64,000 bases of DNA, from the NCBI GenBank assembly GCA_028718945.1, contig JAQUKT010000002.1, forward strand, positions 7,874 to 71,873, in the 5' to 3' direction. This DNA comes from Actinomycetota bacterium. Its GTDB lineage: Bacteria; Actinomycetota; Geothermincolia; Fen-727; JAQUKT01. Below, piece by piece: positions 1-8,903 of this stretch. Position 1 is the stretch's first letter, and the number at the start of each line of letters is the position of its first letter. Both the position numbers and the translations under genes were made by a program. Under the pieces are notes generated by a model. The model saw only the letters and a program-made list of their open reading frames with translations. It searched no databases and was not told the origin of the DNA.

Positions 1-156
1 GGAATAAGCTCACAAAAAAACAACGTCCTTGAAACGCTGGACCTTCTTTTCCTCTAAGAAGCCTAACAAGACAATCTTCCTCAGAAGTACAAACAACCTT
101 ACTAATTATACCACCGTTTTTGATGATATTTCAGGTCCAATCGAAAACAGCTCGCA

Positions 157-615
157 CTATTGTTTCTCGCCCTTCGGTTTTGCTCTGGCCCTCACCATTC
201 TCTCAAGAGCAATCCTCAAATCCTTGTCCTTGATGTCAGACAACCCATGCATAACAACCGGGCTATCGTCATCCTCACAGTTCAAATGTTCTTCTTTTCT
301 TTTCACTTCGCTCACAAATAGTGTCGGTTTCGACTCAATTTTCACTGCCTTGACTTTCTTCGAGCCAAGAATCGCCTCAGCACAATTTCTTATATTCTCC
401 GACGCCATCTGCAACTCTGCTGCCCACGATGAGCCATTCGCGGCCACGTGAAGCGTGCCGGCTCTAATTCTCATTGGCCGAGAATTTCTGCTGAGCTCCT
501 CACCCACTACTTCCCCCCACCTCATCCTCAATATCTCGAGCTGATACTTCCTCTTCACCCTTGCTTTCATTGGGATTGATGATATTACTTTGCCGATTCT
601 CTCAGGACCGTCCAT
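157..615 (-). CDS. DUF721 (DciA-like) domain protein in origin cluster
   Basis: 152-aa ORF. Motif 'RIRAGTLHVAANGSSWAAELQ...ILGSKKVKAVKI' is typical of DUF721 proteins found next to dnaN/recF/gyrB. Confidence 0.7.
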   Translation of the reverse strand: MDGPERIGKVISSIPMKARVKRKYQLEILRMRWGEVVGEELSRNSRPMRIRAGTLHVAANGSSWAAELQMASENIRNCAEAILGSKKVKAVKIESKPTLFVSEVKRKEEHLNCEDDDSPVVMHGLSDIKDKDLRIALERMVRARAKPKGEKQ

Positions 616-792
616 CCGACTCCTCTGACTTCATCCCAACTTCCACCACAATAGATATTCTCAAGTAGAAACCCTTCTCCCTTCTATCAAGCCAGAACAC
701 ACCTCCCAAAAATCAACCATGAAAAAAGGACTCTTGAGAGTCCCTTCTTCCTCTTTGCCCCATGCTGTAATATGCGGCTTTTGTTCTTACGT

Positions 793-1887
793 CTAACGCA
801 ATCTCACTGGCATCAAAACGTATTTGAATTTGTCGCTCTCCTCCCCCTTGATCAAAGCCGGCTTTTGCGGCTCCTCGAGATAAATCAAAACATTCTCTCC
901 ATCCACGGCCCCTATCCCCTCGACAAGATATGAGCCGTTAAAACCAACTACAATTCCATCTCCTTCAACCGAAGCCGGTATGACCTCACTTGAATTACCA
1001 ACCTCAGGAGTCTCCGCCATGATTGATAGCCTGTCTTCTCCCACTTCAACCCTTAAATTGTGACCAAAAATAATCGCTCTCTTTATCGCTTGAAGTGCCG
1101 CCTCCTTTTGAATATTTACAACCGTCTTGCCTCCCGAAGGAACCAACTGTTTGTAGTTCGGAAACTGACCTTCTATTAGTCTCGTGGAGACAACAGTTTC
1201 ATCAAGGGAAAAAACAGCAACTTTCCCAATTGTTTTTAGTTGAACATCAACGTTAGAAGCGCCACAAATCCTTGACACTTCACTCAATGCCCTTGATGGA
1301 ACAATCGAGTCATCCCATGCTGCCATGCTTCCATCGACCTTTATCTCTCGCATAGAAAGTCTGTAGCTATCCGTCGAAACAAGCCTCATCAAACCTTCTT
1401 GTGAATCCTTCTCCATCAATGTTCCGGTTAGCACAGGCCTTTTTTCATCATTGGAAGACGCTCTTGCTGTCTGTTGGACTCCCCTTGTAAAATCATTTCC
1501 ACTAACTTTCAAAGCTTCTCCTTGGTCCCATTCAGTAACTTGCGGGAAGTCCTCAGGTAACATCTCTCTCAATCTGAATTCTCCAGAAGTGCTCTTTATC
1601 ACTAAATACTTTTCTTCCGTCCTTAATAGAAGCGATTCTCCCTCGACATTCTTCACGATATCACCGATTAACCTTCCGGAAACCACCGTCAAGCCTTCCT
1701 CCTCGATATTTGCCTCACAATTAACCCTTATGCTCATCTCAAGGTCCGTTCCTGCTACTGTTAACTCCTTTCCCTCAGCTCTCATAAGCAGTCCGGTTAG
1801 TACTGGCATTGTGACCCTCGTTGAAACAGCTCTCAGTGAAGTTTGCACTAATCTGTTTAGGTTCTCTCTTGAAACGGAGACAATCAT
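793..1887 (-). CDS. dnaN: DNA polymerase III beta sliding clamp
   Basis: 364-aa ORF immediately downstream of dnaA on the same strand. Three-domain clamp-like length and sequence (LTGLL...GTDLEM...). Canonical dnaA-dnaN synteny. Confidence 0.9.
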   Translation of the reverse strand: MIVSVSRENLNRLVQTSLRAVSTRVTMPVLTGLLMRAEGKELTVAGTDLEMSIRVNCEANIEEEGLTVVSGRLIGDIVKNVEGESLLLRTEEKYLVIKSTSGEFRLREMLPEDFPQVTEWDQGEALKVSGNDFTRGVQQTARASSNDEKRPVLTGTLMEKDSQEGLMRLVSTDSYRLSMREIKVDGSMAAWDDSIVPSRALSEVSRICGASNVDVQLKTIGKVAVFSLDETVVSTRLIEGQFPNYKQLVPSGGKTVVNIQKEAALQAIKRAIIFGHNLRVEVGEDRLSIMAETPEVGNSSEVIPASVEGDGIVVGFNGSYLVEGIGAVDGENVLIYLEEPQKPALIKGEESDKFKYVLMPVRLR

Positions 1888-2266
1888 TTCGCTTCTCCTT
1901 CCTTAATAAGAACAAAGTCAAAAACGGTAGTATTATATCTCAGTTCACTACCTTTTTGATTCAGTATTTCAAGACAAGTGGATTGTAAACATGCGTGAGT
2001 TTTACCGGTGTCGTATTTATAATAATAAGAGTAGTAGTAGTAAGGAACTGTTGAAAAGTGGAAAGAAGCGGAAATAGCTGTAAAAACGTGGTTTGTTGAA
2101 AAAAATCTGCTGGAAAAACTGTTGAAGTTGAGGGATTATTTGAACATCGTGAACCGTGATGTTAGGGAAGTTACACTATAATAGTGGAAATTGTAGACAC
2201 TAAGAACAAGGTTTCCACAGGCACATCCACATTTGTGGCTATTTAAAGAGTGAAGGTTAGCCTTGG
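1888..2266. promoter_or_regulatory. dnaA-dnaN intergenic region with degenerate DnaA boxes and an AT-rich stretch (possible second origin half)
   Basis: GTTTCCACA at 2212-2220, CATCCACAT at 2224-2232 and TGTGGCTAT at 2235-2243. AT-rich 'tatttataataataagagtagtagtagtaagg' at about 2016-2045. Confidence 0.35.
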
Positions 2267-3706
2267 TCAGCCGCCACAGATTGATCTGTTGACCGTGTTC
2301 GTGAGTTCGCTAACCTCTTTCAGGGTGTCCCTGCTGCTCCTTAGGAGGGACTCAACTTTATGACAGGAATGGAGTACTGTACTATGGTCCCTCCCCCCGA
2401 ATTGCGAACCTATTGATATGAGCGTCTCATTAGTGAGCTCCCTGGAGAGGTACATGGCAATCTGCCGACCATAAACCAGGGATCTTGATCTGCTTTGTCC
2501 AGTAAGGTCCGCAACCGGGAGCCTGTAGTAATTCGAGACAACGCTCTGGATTAATTCTACAGTGGCAGATTTAGATGGGTTCTGCTCTGCGAACTGGTCC
2601 TTCAGGACCTCCTGAGCCATGGGCAAGTCAATCTTCAGCCCATATAATCTGGCGTAGGCAACGACGATATTCATATGACCCTCGAGAGTTCTGATATTGT
2701 CCTTGACCATGGAGGCAATGAACACCAAGACATCATCTGGTATATCAATACTTTCGGCACGAGCCCTCATTCTGAGTATTGCAAGTCTCGTTTCAAGGTC
2801 GGGGGGCTTGATGTCAATGATGAGCCCACCTTCGAATCTCGATTGTATCCTGTCCGAAAGCTGTGCCATATCTCTTGGTGGCCGATCACTCGACAGAACG
2901 ATATGGCTATCAGAGCCATATAGAACGTTGAAGATGTCGAAGAATTTGGTTTGTGTAGCGTCTGTTCCCGAGAGTGCCTGAATATCATCAAAAAGCACTA
3001 TTTTGTTGTTGATGTACTTCTTGTCAAAGGTAGCTTTATCTCTCTTGAGGGTTATGGTAACAACAAACTCATCTATAAACTCCGAGGTTCGGACATAGCG
3101 GACTTTGATGTTTGGATGAAGCTTCTCAGCGTAGTCTTTGATGGCATAAAGGAGATGCGTCTTGCCAAGCCCAGTTCCTCCGTAGATGAAAAGGGGGTTG
3201 TAATTACGACCGGGCATTTCTGAGACCATGAGGGAGGCATTGTATGCAAACTTGTTTGAATCTCCTACGACGAAATTTTCGAAGGTGTACTTTTTTATCT
3301 GGGGAATTTCGGCGATTACCTTTCCTCCCTTGCCTTCATTGTTTGATTCGAGGTACGGCTTGGTTACGAACTGGTCGTTTTTTTCATCAATTTCAGCCGG
3401 GTTCTGGGTTTCTGACTGTGGAAGGATGACCAGCGAGACTGAAACTTCTCTCTTGAGGACAGAGGATGCAGCATGCCTGATCGGCTCAAGATAGCTTGAT
3501 TCTATGAGCTCGCGAGTGAAGGAGTTTGGCACACCGAGAGTAATACTTCCGTTTTCTATGGAGATGGGCTTCAACTGTGACAGAACCGACATAAGGATCG
3601 AAGAAGGTATCAGCCCGCTAAGATCCTTGAGGATCCCTTCCCAAGCGTTATCAATGGAGGAAGTTGTTTGACATACGCTTGATTCGTAACGTTCATCCAT
3701 CTTCAT
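2267..3706 (-). CDS. dnaA: chromosomal replication initiator DnaA
   Basis: 479-aa ORF with AAA+ Walker A 'GGTGLGKTHLL', sensor motifs and a C-terminal DnaA DNA-binding domain ('...VLHSCHKVESLL...'). Diverges from rpmH. Confidence 0.95.
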   Translation of the reverse strand: MKMDERYESSVCQTTSSIDNAWEGILKDLSGLIPSSILMSVLSQLKPISIENGSITLGVPNSFTRELIESSYLEPIRHAASSVLKREVSVSLVILPQSETQNPAEIDEKNDQFVTKPYLESNNEGKGGKVIAEIPQIKKYTFENFVVGDSNKFAYNASLMVSEMPGRNYNPLFIYGGTGLGKTHLLYAIKDYAEKLHPNIKVRYVRTSEFIDEFVVTITLKRDKATFDKKYINNKIVLFDDIQALSGTDATQTKFFDIFNVLYGSDSHIVLSSDRPPRDMAQLSDRIQSRFEGGLIIDIKPPDLETRLAILRMRARAESIDIPDDVLVFIASMVKDNIRTLEGHMNIVVAYARLYGLKIDLPMAQEVLKDQFAEQNPSKSATVELIQSVVSNYYRLPVADLTGQSRSRSLVYGRQIAMYLSRELTNETLISIGSQFGGRDHSTVLHSCHKVESLLRSSRDTLKEVSELTNTVNRSICGG

Positions 3707-3739
3707 ATCCCCCGGTTCGTTGGAGTGATGAGAGCAATT

Positions 3740-4060
3740 AAATTTCTTGTGGAATTTACATTAGCGTGTTTTAAGGAGTTTTCCACAATATTGTTATTAA
3801 CCGAGAGCCTAAAAATCCTCATCTCGTTCCCCCCTGAGACTCAGAAAAAGTTTGTCAATACATCTCCTGCAGTAATCCACAAGGTTTTCCACACTTGTGG
3901 AAAAGCTGCCAAAGAGAACTTAAGCCCCGGGATTTCTCCCATGGGCTTCGGTGGGATTATAGCAACGCATATGGGGGGAGGCAATAATGTTTGAAACAAA
4001 AGTTGATTAAATTATTTTATTAGTTCGATAAGCATATGTTGTAATTGGTGCGCACGGATG
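3740..4060. promoter_or_regulatory. candidate oriC / dnaA autoregulatory region: five DnaA boxes plus an AT-rich unwinding element
   Basis: TGTGGAATT at 3748-3756, TTTTCCACA at 3779-3787, TAATCCACA at 3873-3881, TTTTCCACA at 3885-3893 and TGTGGAAAA at 3897-3905. AT-rich 'aataatgtttgaaacaaaagttgattaaattattttattagttcgataagcatatgttgtaatt' at about 3984-4050. Confidence 0.6.
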
Positions 4061-4141
4061 GTCAAGGAAGATCGTGCCGGGGCACAGGGCGACTGCGGCA
4101 GAAAAGAGGAGTTGGCTTGAAGTACTACGTAGCAGCGCTTC

Positions 4142-4169
4142 TTGACACGAGATTACACCAAAGTATAAT
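4142..4169 (+). promoter_or_regulatory. sigma70-type promoter for rpmH operon (TTGACA-16-TATAAT)
   Basis: TTGACA at 4142-4147, 16-nt spacer, TATAAT at 4164-4169, about 47 nt upstream of the rpmH start. Confidence 0.6.
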
Positions 4170-4215
4170 TACTTAATCCGATGGCTACAGCTTAAGACAG
4201 TCTAAGGGTGGAGCA

Positions 4216-4350
4216 TTGAAGAGAACTTACCAGCCAAAAGTCAGGAAAAGAAAGAGAAAGCACGGTTTCAGGAAGAGAATGAGCACGGAGTCTGGTAGAG
4301 CAATACTAAAGAGAAGGCGTGAAAAAGGAAGAGTTAGGCTTACGATTTGA
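4216..4350 (+). CDS. rpmH: 50S ribosomal protein L34 (TTG start)
   Basis: Translation [44 protein letters not shown] (44 aa) matches the universal L34 sequence. It is not in the ORF track because it is under 60 aa. Confidence 0.9.
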   Translation: MKRTYQPKVRKRKRKHGFRKRMSTESGRAILKRRREKGRVRLTI

Positions 4351-4351
4351 T

Positions 4352-4711
4352 TTGGCGGGAGCGAGTCCTAACCTTCTGTGGTTGAGAAAGAGACATGCGC
4401 CCTTCGAAGCCAGAAAAAATCTGCGGGCATCGAAAGGCAAATATGCTGATGTCCGGTTCGGAAGATACTGCTGCAGCGCTTCCCAGGACGGGGTATTTGC
4501 GAGTGTTGAAGCCCACGGATTTCGGCGCGCGGTTGACCGGAACTTGGCGAAAAGGAGAGCCAAGGGTTGCCTGTACGATTTGAGGGACTTCTTGAAACCG
4601 GGAAATCTTTATATAGTTATATGTAGGCCTGGATCGGAGGCAATGGATTACCAGGTATTGGTAAATGATATCAAGAAAGCGATTTCGGAATCCGAGAGAT
4701 TCGGGAAGTGA
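4352..4711 (+). CDS. rnpA: ribonuclease P protein component (start uncertain: TTG 4352 or 4382; track gives ATG 4319 overlapping rpmH)
   Basis: Immediately follows rpmH. Basic protein with RnpA-like 'LRKRHAPFEARKNLRASKGKYADVRFGRY...RRAVDRNLAKRRAKG' motifs. Conserved rpmH-rnpA-yidD-yidC-jag order. Confidence 0.75.
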   Translation: MAGASPNLLWLRKRHAPFEARKNLRASKGKYADVRFGRYCCSASQDGVFASVEAHGFRRAVDRNLAKRRAKGCLYDLRDFLKPGNLYIVICRPGSEAMDYQVLVNDIKKAISESERFGK

Positions 4712-4937
4712 ATCCCGTTTCCATATCTGGATTGTTTGGCTTTTCCTTCTCCCAATCCGATTCTACAGATTGTTTGTTTCCCCAAACCTGAAGCCAAGGT
4801 GCAGGTTTTACCCGAGTTGTTCGGAGTATTTTGAGATCGCAGTCAGAAAATATGGTGTTTTGAGGGGAGCCGGGAAGGGTATGTGGAGGATATTGCGTTG
4901 CAACCCGCTTGGTGGTTCGGGTTACGATCCGCCATGA
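4665..4937 (+). CDS. yidD: membrane protein insertion efficiency factor YidD
   Basis: 90-aa ORF with the YidD signature 'IRFYRLFVSPNLKPRCRFYPSCSEYFEIAVRKYGVLRG...RILRCNP'. Overlaps the rnpA 3' end as is usual. Confidence 0.8.
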   Translation: MISRKRFRNPRDSGSESRFHIWIVWLFLLPIRFYRLFVSPNLKPRCRFYPSCSEYFEIAVRKYGVLRGAGKGMWRILRCNPLGGSGYDPP

Positions 4938-4990
4938 TGCGTTGTCGGACATGGCTATTTTAAGAAAAGGTTGCTTGGCGGTGATGTTAA

Positions 4991-5977
4991 TTGATTTCGT
5001 CAATAATCCCGGGGCTCGACGTGCTTTCCAAGGGAATAGCATACGTGCTCTGGGGATGCAATAAGATTACGGGGAACTTTGGTTTGGCAATAGTGTTGGT
5101 AACGCTTGGCATACGAGCGATACTCCTTCCACTGACGATCAAGCAAACGAAGTCCATGATACAGATGCAGAAGATACAGCCTAAGTTGAAGGAGGTTCAG
5201 AAGAAACACAAGGATGACCGCGAAAAGATGGGTCAGGAGATGATGAAACTCTATAAGGAGCATAATGTGAGTCCATTAGGTGGTTGTCTACCTCTCATTC
5301 TGCAACTCCCCATTATCTTTGCTGTTTTTGAGGTGTTGAGGGCTCCATTGAATTTCAAGAGTATCATAGGGGAACCGAATTTGATGTTCATAGGCGTTGA
5401 CGTTACAAAAGCGGGGAGTTTTGCTTGGCAACATGGACATTACTGGCAATTTATTCTGTTCGCAGTTCTAACCATAGTGACAGGATACGTTTCTTCAAAG
5501 CAGATGCTGACCGACCCAAAACAGTCAAAGATGATGCTAATGATGCCTTTACTGATGGGTGTTTTTGCATGGACTCTTCCAATTGGCGTGACGGTATATA
5601 TTGTGGCGACGAATGTTTTCACGATTGCTCAGCAATTCCTGCAACTCGAAATCGAAGGGTTTTATAAGGAGAGAATTGAGAAATTGAGGAGACAAACCGA
5701 GCCTGATGGCAGGGTAGACAGGTTTGTGTTTAGGTTTAGGACGTTGCTGGACAGACTGCTCGTTTGGATGAAAATAAGGAAGCCGCCAAAAAGAACGATG
5801 CCGGCAGAAAAGGATGTTGGGAAGAAAGATAAAGGGAAAGCAACAAGCAAGGGAGGCTCTTTAGGGAAGACCGATAAAGTGCGTAAAGAAGCGGAGGGTG
5901 TAAGTAAGGTTGGGGAAATTAAACGGCAATCCCAAAAGGGAAAAGGGGGAAGTCGAAATAAAAGGAGAAAGAAATGA
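4991..5977 (+). CDS. yidC: membrane protein insertase YidC (short Gram-positive-like form with Lys-rich C-terminal tail)
   Basis: 328 aa with multiple TM segments and conserved YidC/Oxa1 core residues. C-terminal tail 'KKDKGKATSKGG...RNKRRKK'. ATGA overlap with jag. Confidence 0.85.
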   Translation: MISSIIPGLDVLSKGIAYVLWGCNKITGNFGLAIVLVTLGIRAILLPLTIKQTKSMIQMQKIQPKLKEVQKKHKDDREKMGQEMMKLYKEHNVSPLGGCLPLILQLPIIFAVFEVLRAPLNFKSIIGEPNLMFIGVDVTKAGSFAWQHGHYWQFILFAVLTIVTGYVSSKQMLTDPKQSKMMLMMPLLMGVFAWTLPIGVTVYIVATNVFTIAQQFLQLEIEGFYKERIEKLRRQTEPDGRVDRFVFRFRTLLDRLLVWMKIRKPPKRTMPAEKDVGKKDKGKATSKGGSLGKTDKVRKEAEGVSKVGEIKRQSQKGKGGSRNKRRKK

Positions 5978-6651
5978 GAAGTGATTCACGAGATTACTCA
6001 GGGAAGACTGTTGAGGAAGCGGTGCAAACAGCTCTCGAGGAGCTTGGCGTGCGGAGAGAGGATGTAAGTATAGAGATTGTCGAGGAACCACAAAAAAGCT
6101 TCTTTGGAATAGGCGGGAAGGAAGCAAGAATTAGAGTGGAATTGATTCAGGGAGAAGAGAGCGGTGGGAGCGATAAAGAGAGCCCGGCTGAGCAAATACT
6201 TGGTACTCCGGATGAGATTTTGCGAAAAATAATTGAGATATTTGAATTTGATGCGGTTATTGATTCGAAGGAGACTCTGGATGAGACAAGCTTGGAGGTC
6301 TGGGGTGATAATCTTGCACTGCTTATTGGAAAAGGTGGTTCTACCCTGGACGCGCTGGACTTTCTGGTTAACGTGTGTGCACGGAAGAGAGGCGTGAGAA
6401 AGAGGGTAACAGTTGACATAGAGGGTTACCGAAAAAGAAGAAATTCAAGAATTGAGAAGGAAGCAATAGAGTTAGCAAAAAGGGCACTCGCTGAGGGGAA
6501 AACCTTAGAGATGCCCGCAACGGGTTCAGCAAACAGGAGAATTGCCCATATAGCAATTCGTTCTGTTGAAGGGGTGTGGTCTGAGAGTGTCGGGGAAGAG
6601 CCACAAAGGAGGGTTGTTGTTCATCCGAAAAATGAAAAAAGTTTCACGTGA
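5974..6651 (+). CDS. jag: Jag/KhpB RNA-binding protein (KH + R3H domains)
   Basis: 225 aa. KH-like N-terminal region and a C-terminal R3H domain ('GYRKRRNSRIEKEAIELAKRALAEGKTLEMPATGSANRRIAHIAI'). Conserved position after yidC. Confidence 0.85.
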   Translation: MRSDSRDYSGKTVEEAVQTALEELGVRREDVSIEIVEEPQKSFFGIGGKEARIRVELIQGEESGGSDKESPAEQILGTPDEILRKIIEIFEFDAVIDSKETLDETSLEVWGDNLALLIGKGGSTLDALDFLVNVCARKRGVRKRVTVDIEGYRKRRNSRIEKEAIELAKRALAEGKTLEMPATGSANRRIAHIAIRSVEGVWSESVGEEPQRRVVVHPKNEKSFT

Positions 6652-6654
6652 AAC
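6641..6654. repeat. perfect 14-bp palindrome GTTTCACGTGAAAC, copy 1 (overlaps jag stop codon)
   Basis: Exact self-complementary 14-mer. An identical copy lies at 7170-7183. The two copies bracket an ORF-free region. Confidence 0.8.
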
Positions 6655-7053
6655 AAAGACCTTCCGATTGGAATCAGTTGCTTGGTATTGGGCGAATAGG
6701 GCATCTTGCCTAAAAATTTGAGTTGGAGCAACTCCCCGGTTGATTTCAAATAGCCTAAACCTCGACCTTAGATTCTAAGTCAATATTGTGTTTATGTACA
6801 TATGCTTACGTATATTTCGAGAACGAGTTCTGATGTTTCGAGCCGGAATATAAAATTTGTCGGAAATGGGGCCAAGAATTTTACAGGTGCCCTTACCTTA
6901 GATTCTGGAGATATGGGGATATTCAAGGAGATGGGTCAAGTAATTCGATTGTCCCGACCGAAGTATAGTGGTTTTAGTTGAGATACTTGGTTAAAGACTT
7001 TCAAGAATTAGAAGGTTGAGATTTGCGCTCCTAAAGATGGATATTGGTTTTTT

Positions 7054-7130
7054 TGTGGAAAATTGACGAAATCGGCAGGATTTCTTTTCATATTAGGGCG
7101 ACTTTTCAACAAAGTGTGTTTTTTTCCACA
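7054..7130. promoter_or_regulatory. pair of perfect DnaA boxes (TTTTCCACA) in inverted orientation in jag-rsmG gap
   Basis: TGTGGAAAA at 7054-7062 (bottom-strand box) and TTTTCCACA at 7122-7130. This matches the box variant used three times upstream of dnaA. Confidence 0.5.
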
Positions 7131-7169
7131 AAATTTGTTGATAAACGTGGCGTGAGAGTGGATGTTGCA

Positions 7170-7183
7170 GTTTCACGTGAAAC
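7170..7183. repeat. perfect 14-bp palindrome GTTTCACGTGAAAC, copy 2
   Basis: Identical to the 6641-6654 copy, 529 bp away. Confidence 0.8.
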
Positions 7184-7384
7184 ATGAATCTAAGCCGATT
7201 TAATTTTTCTTGAATGATAAATTGATAAGGACCGGATAAGAGGATTGTCTTGATGTAGTATGTTCTATCTGATAGTACAGGTTAAAAAATGGAAGAGATA
7301 ATGTGAATAAGAGAGAAGGGAATGACGAGGGATCAAAGAACGAAGTTGGCAAGATTTACCAATATTAGCTGAGGGCAGCTTGTT

Positions 7385-8068
7385 GTGGTGGGGGTAAATA
7401 AATTGGCACACGAGCTGATCGCGAGGATAGCAATGAGCTATGGGTTCGAGGAAACTGAAAAGTGTGTGGAAATGGTAGAAAGGTACGTTCACATATTGAA
7501 GACTGATAACAAATGGGGGAAGTTGGTTTCTGAGAATGTGCTCAAGCAGCCGGATTTGTTCTTAGAGCCAGCTCTTGGTGTTTTTAGCTTCCTCTCTCCG
7601 GGTGGGAGGAGGAAGGTTGGGGACTTGGGAAGTGGGGCGGGGGTAGTTGGAATAATGGTTGCTATGCTCTGTGCCGATTGGGAGGTAAGCCTTATTGAGG
7701 CGTCGGCGAAAAAATGTGCTTTTCTGGCGGAGACAATAGGGAAGATGGGGCTTACGAACGCCAAGGTTGTCGCGGGAAGGGCAGAAGTAGTGGACAAAAA
7801 AGATTGTGTGGATGTGGTAATTTCTCGCAGTTTGGGTAGAATATCGAAAGTCGCACCAATTGTTGCGAATCTTCTTCGAGAGGGGGGCTATTATATAGCA
7901 ATTAAGGGCAGGGACCCGGCTCGCGAGGTGGAGGAATCCCTGAAGGACATAAACAGCGCTGGGATGTCGCTCTATCGGATCTTGGTTCCGAGCCATTATA
8001 GGAAGCTACAAATAGAGCCCAGGTCATCGCTCGTGGTGCTCAAGAAATCTAACTATTGCGAGAATTGA
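7385..8068 (+). CDS. rsmG: 16S rRNA (guanine527-N7)-methyltransferase RsmG (GidB)
   Basis: 227 aa with SAM-binding 'VGDLGSGAGVVGI' and an RsmG-like N-terminal region. Lies upstream of parAB as in many bacteria. Confidence 0.9.
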   Translation: MVGVNKLAHELIARIAMSYGFEETEKCVEMVERYVHILKTDNKWGKLVSENVLKQPDLFLEPALGVFSFLSPGGRRKVGDLGSGAGVVGIMVAMLCADWEVSLIEASAKKCAFLAETIGKMGLTNAKVVAGRAEVVDKKDCVDVVISRSLGRISKVAPIVANLLREGGYYIAIKGRDPAREVEESLKDINSAGMSLYRILVPSHYRKLQIEPRSSLVVLKKSNYCEN

Positions 8069-8120
8069 AGGGATTGACAAGCCCTTGAGAGAATGAGGGA
8101 ATCTCTGTTGAGGGAGGGCA

Positions 8121-8903
8121 ATGAGGACGATTGCGATAGCGAATCAGAAAGGTGGAGTCGGGAAGACAACGACCGCAATAAACTTGAGTACTGCGCTCGC
8201 AATACTTGGCATGAGGGTGCTCATGGTTGATATGGACCCGCAGGGGAATGCAACAAGCGGGGTTGGAATAGGAAGAAGTGAGATCGGGGAGTGCGTCTAT
8301 GACGTCATTATGAACGGCTTGGATCCCGGGGGGGCCATAAAGAACGGGCCGGTGGACGGCATGAGGGTTCTTCCTTCAACGCTTGACCTTGCGGCGGCTG
8401 AGATAGAGCTTGCGGCGGAGCTTTCAAGGGAAAACCGCTTGAAGAGCGCTCTTGAGAAAGTCGAGAAGGATTACGAGTACATAATAATCGACTGTCCGCC
8501 GTCACTGAGCTTGCTGACCGTGAACAGCCTCACTGCGGCACGTGAGGCAATCGTTCCTATTCAGTGCGAGTTTTACGCTCTTGAGGGTCTCGTTTACCTC
8601 ATGACAACGATGCGAAGGATAAAAACTCATCTTAACCATGAACTAAGAATAACGGGTATTCTACTGACCATGTTCGATGTCAGGACAAATCTTTCCCGGG
8701 AAGTGGAAAAGGAAACAAGGCGGGTGTATCCGGAATTGACCTTGAGGACGGTCATCCCGCGCACTGTAAGGCTCTCGGAAGCCCCGGGCTTCGGGAAGCC
8801 GATTGCTCTCTATGAGCCGAAATCCAAGGGTGCCAAGGCTTACATGGAACTTGCGAAGGAAGTGATGGACTGTGGCCAGGAAGGGTCTGGGAAAGGGACT
8901 TGA
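8121..8903 (+). CDS. parA: chromosome partitioning ATPase ParA/Soj
   Basis: 260 aa with deviant Walker A 'KGGVGKTTTAINL' and ParA family motifs. Confidence 0.9.
   Translation: MRTIAIANQKGGVGKTTTAINLSTALAILGMRVLMVDMDPQGNATSGVGIGRSEIGECVYDVIMNGLDPGGAIKNGPVDGMRVLPSTLDLAAAEIELAAELSRENRLKSALEKVEKDYEYIIIDCPPSLSLLTVNSLTAAREAIVPIQCEFYALEGLVYLMTTMRRIKTHLNHELRITGILLTMFDVRTNLSREVEKETRRVYPELTLRTVIPRTVRLSEAPGFGKPIALYEPKSKGAKAYMELAKEVMDCGQEGSGKGT

Noticed and set aside
1451-1906. 151-aa plus-strand ORF inside dnaN
   Set aside because: It is antisense to a highly conserved gene and has low-complexity Ser/Leu-rich composition.
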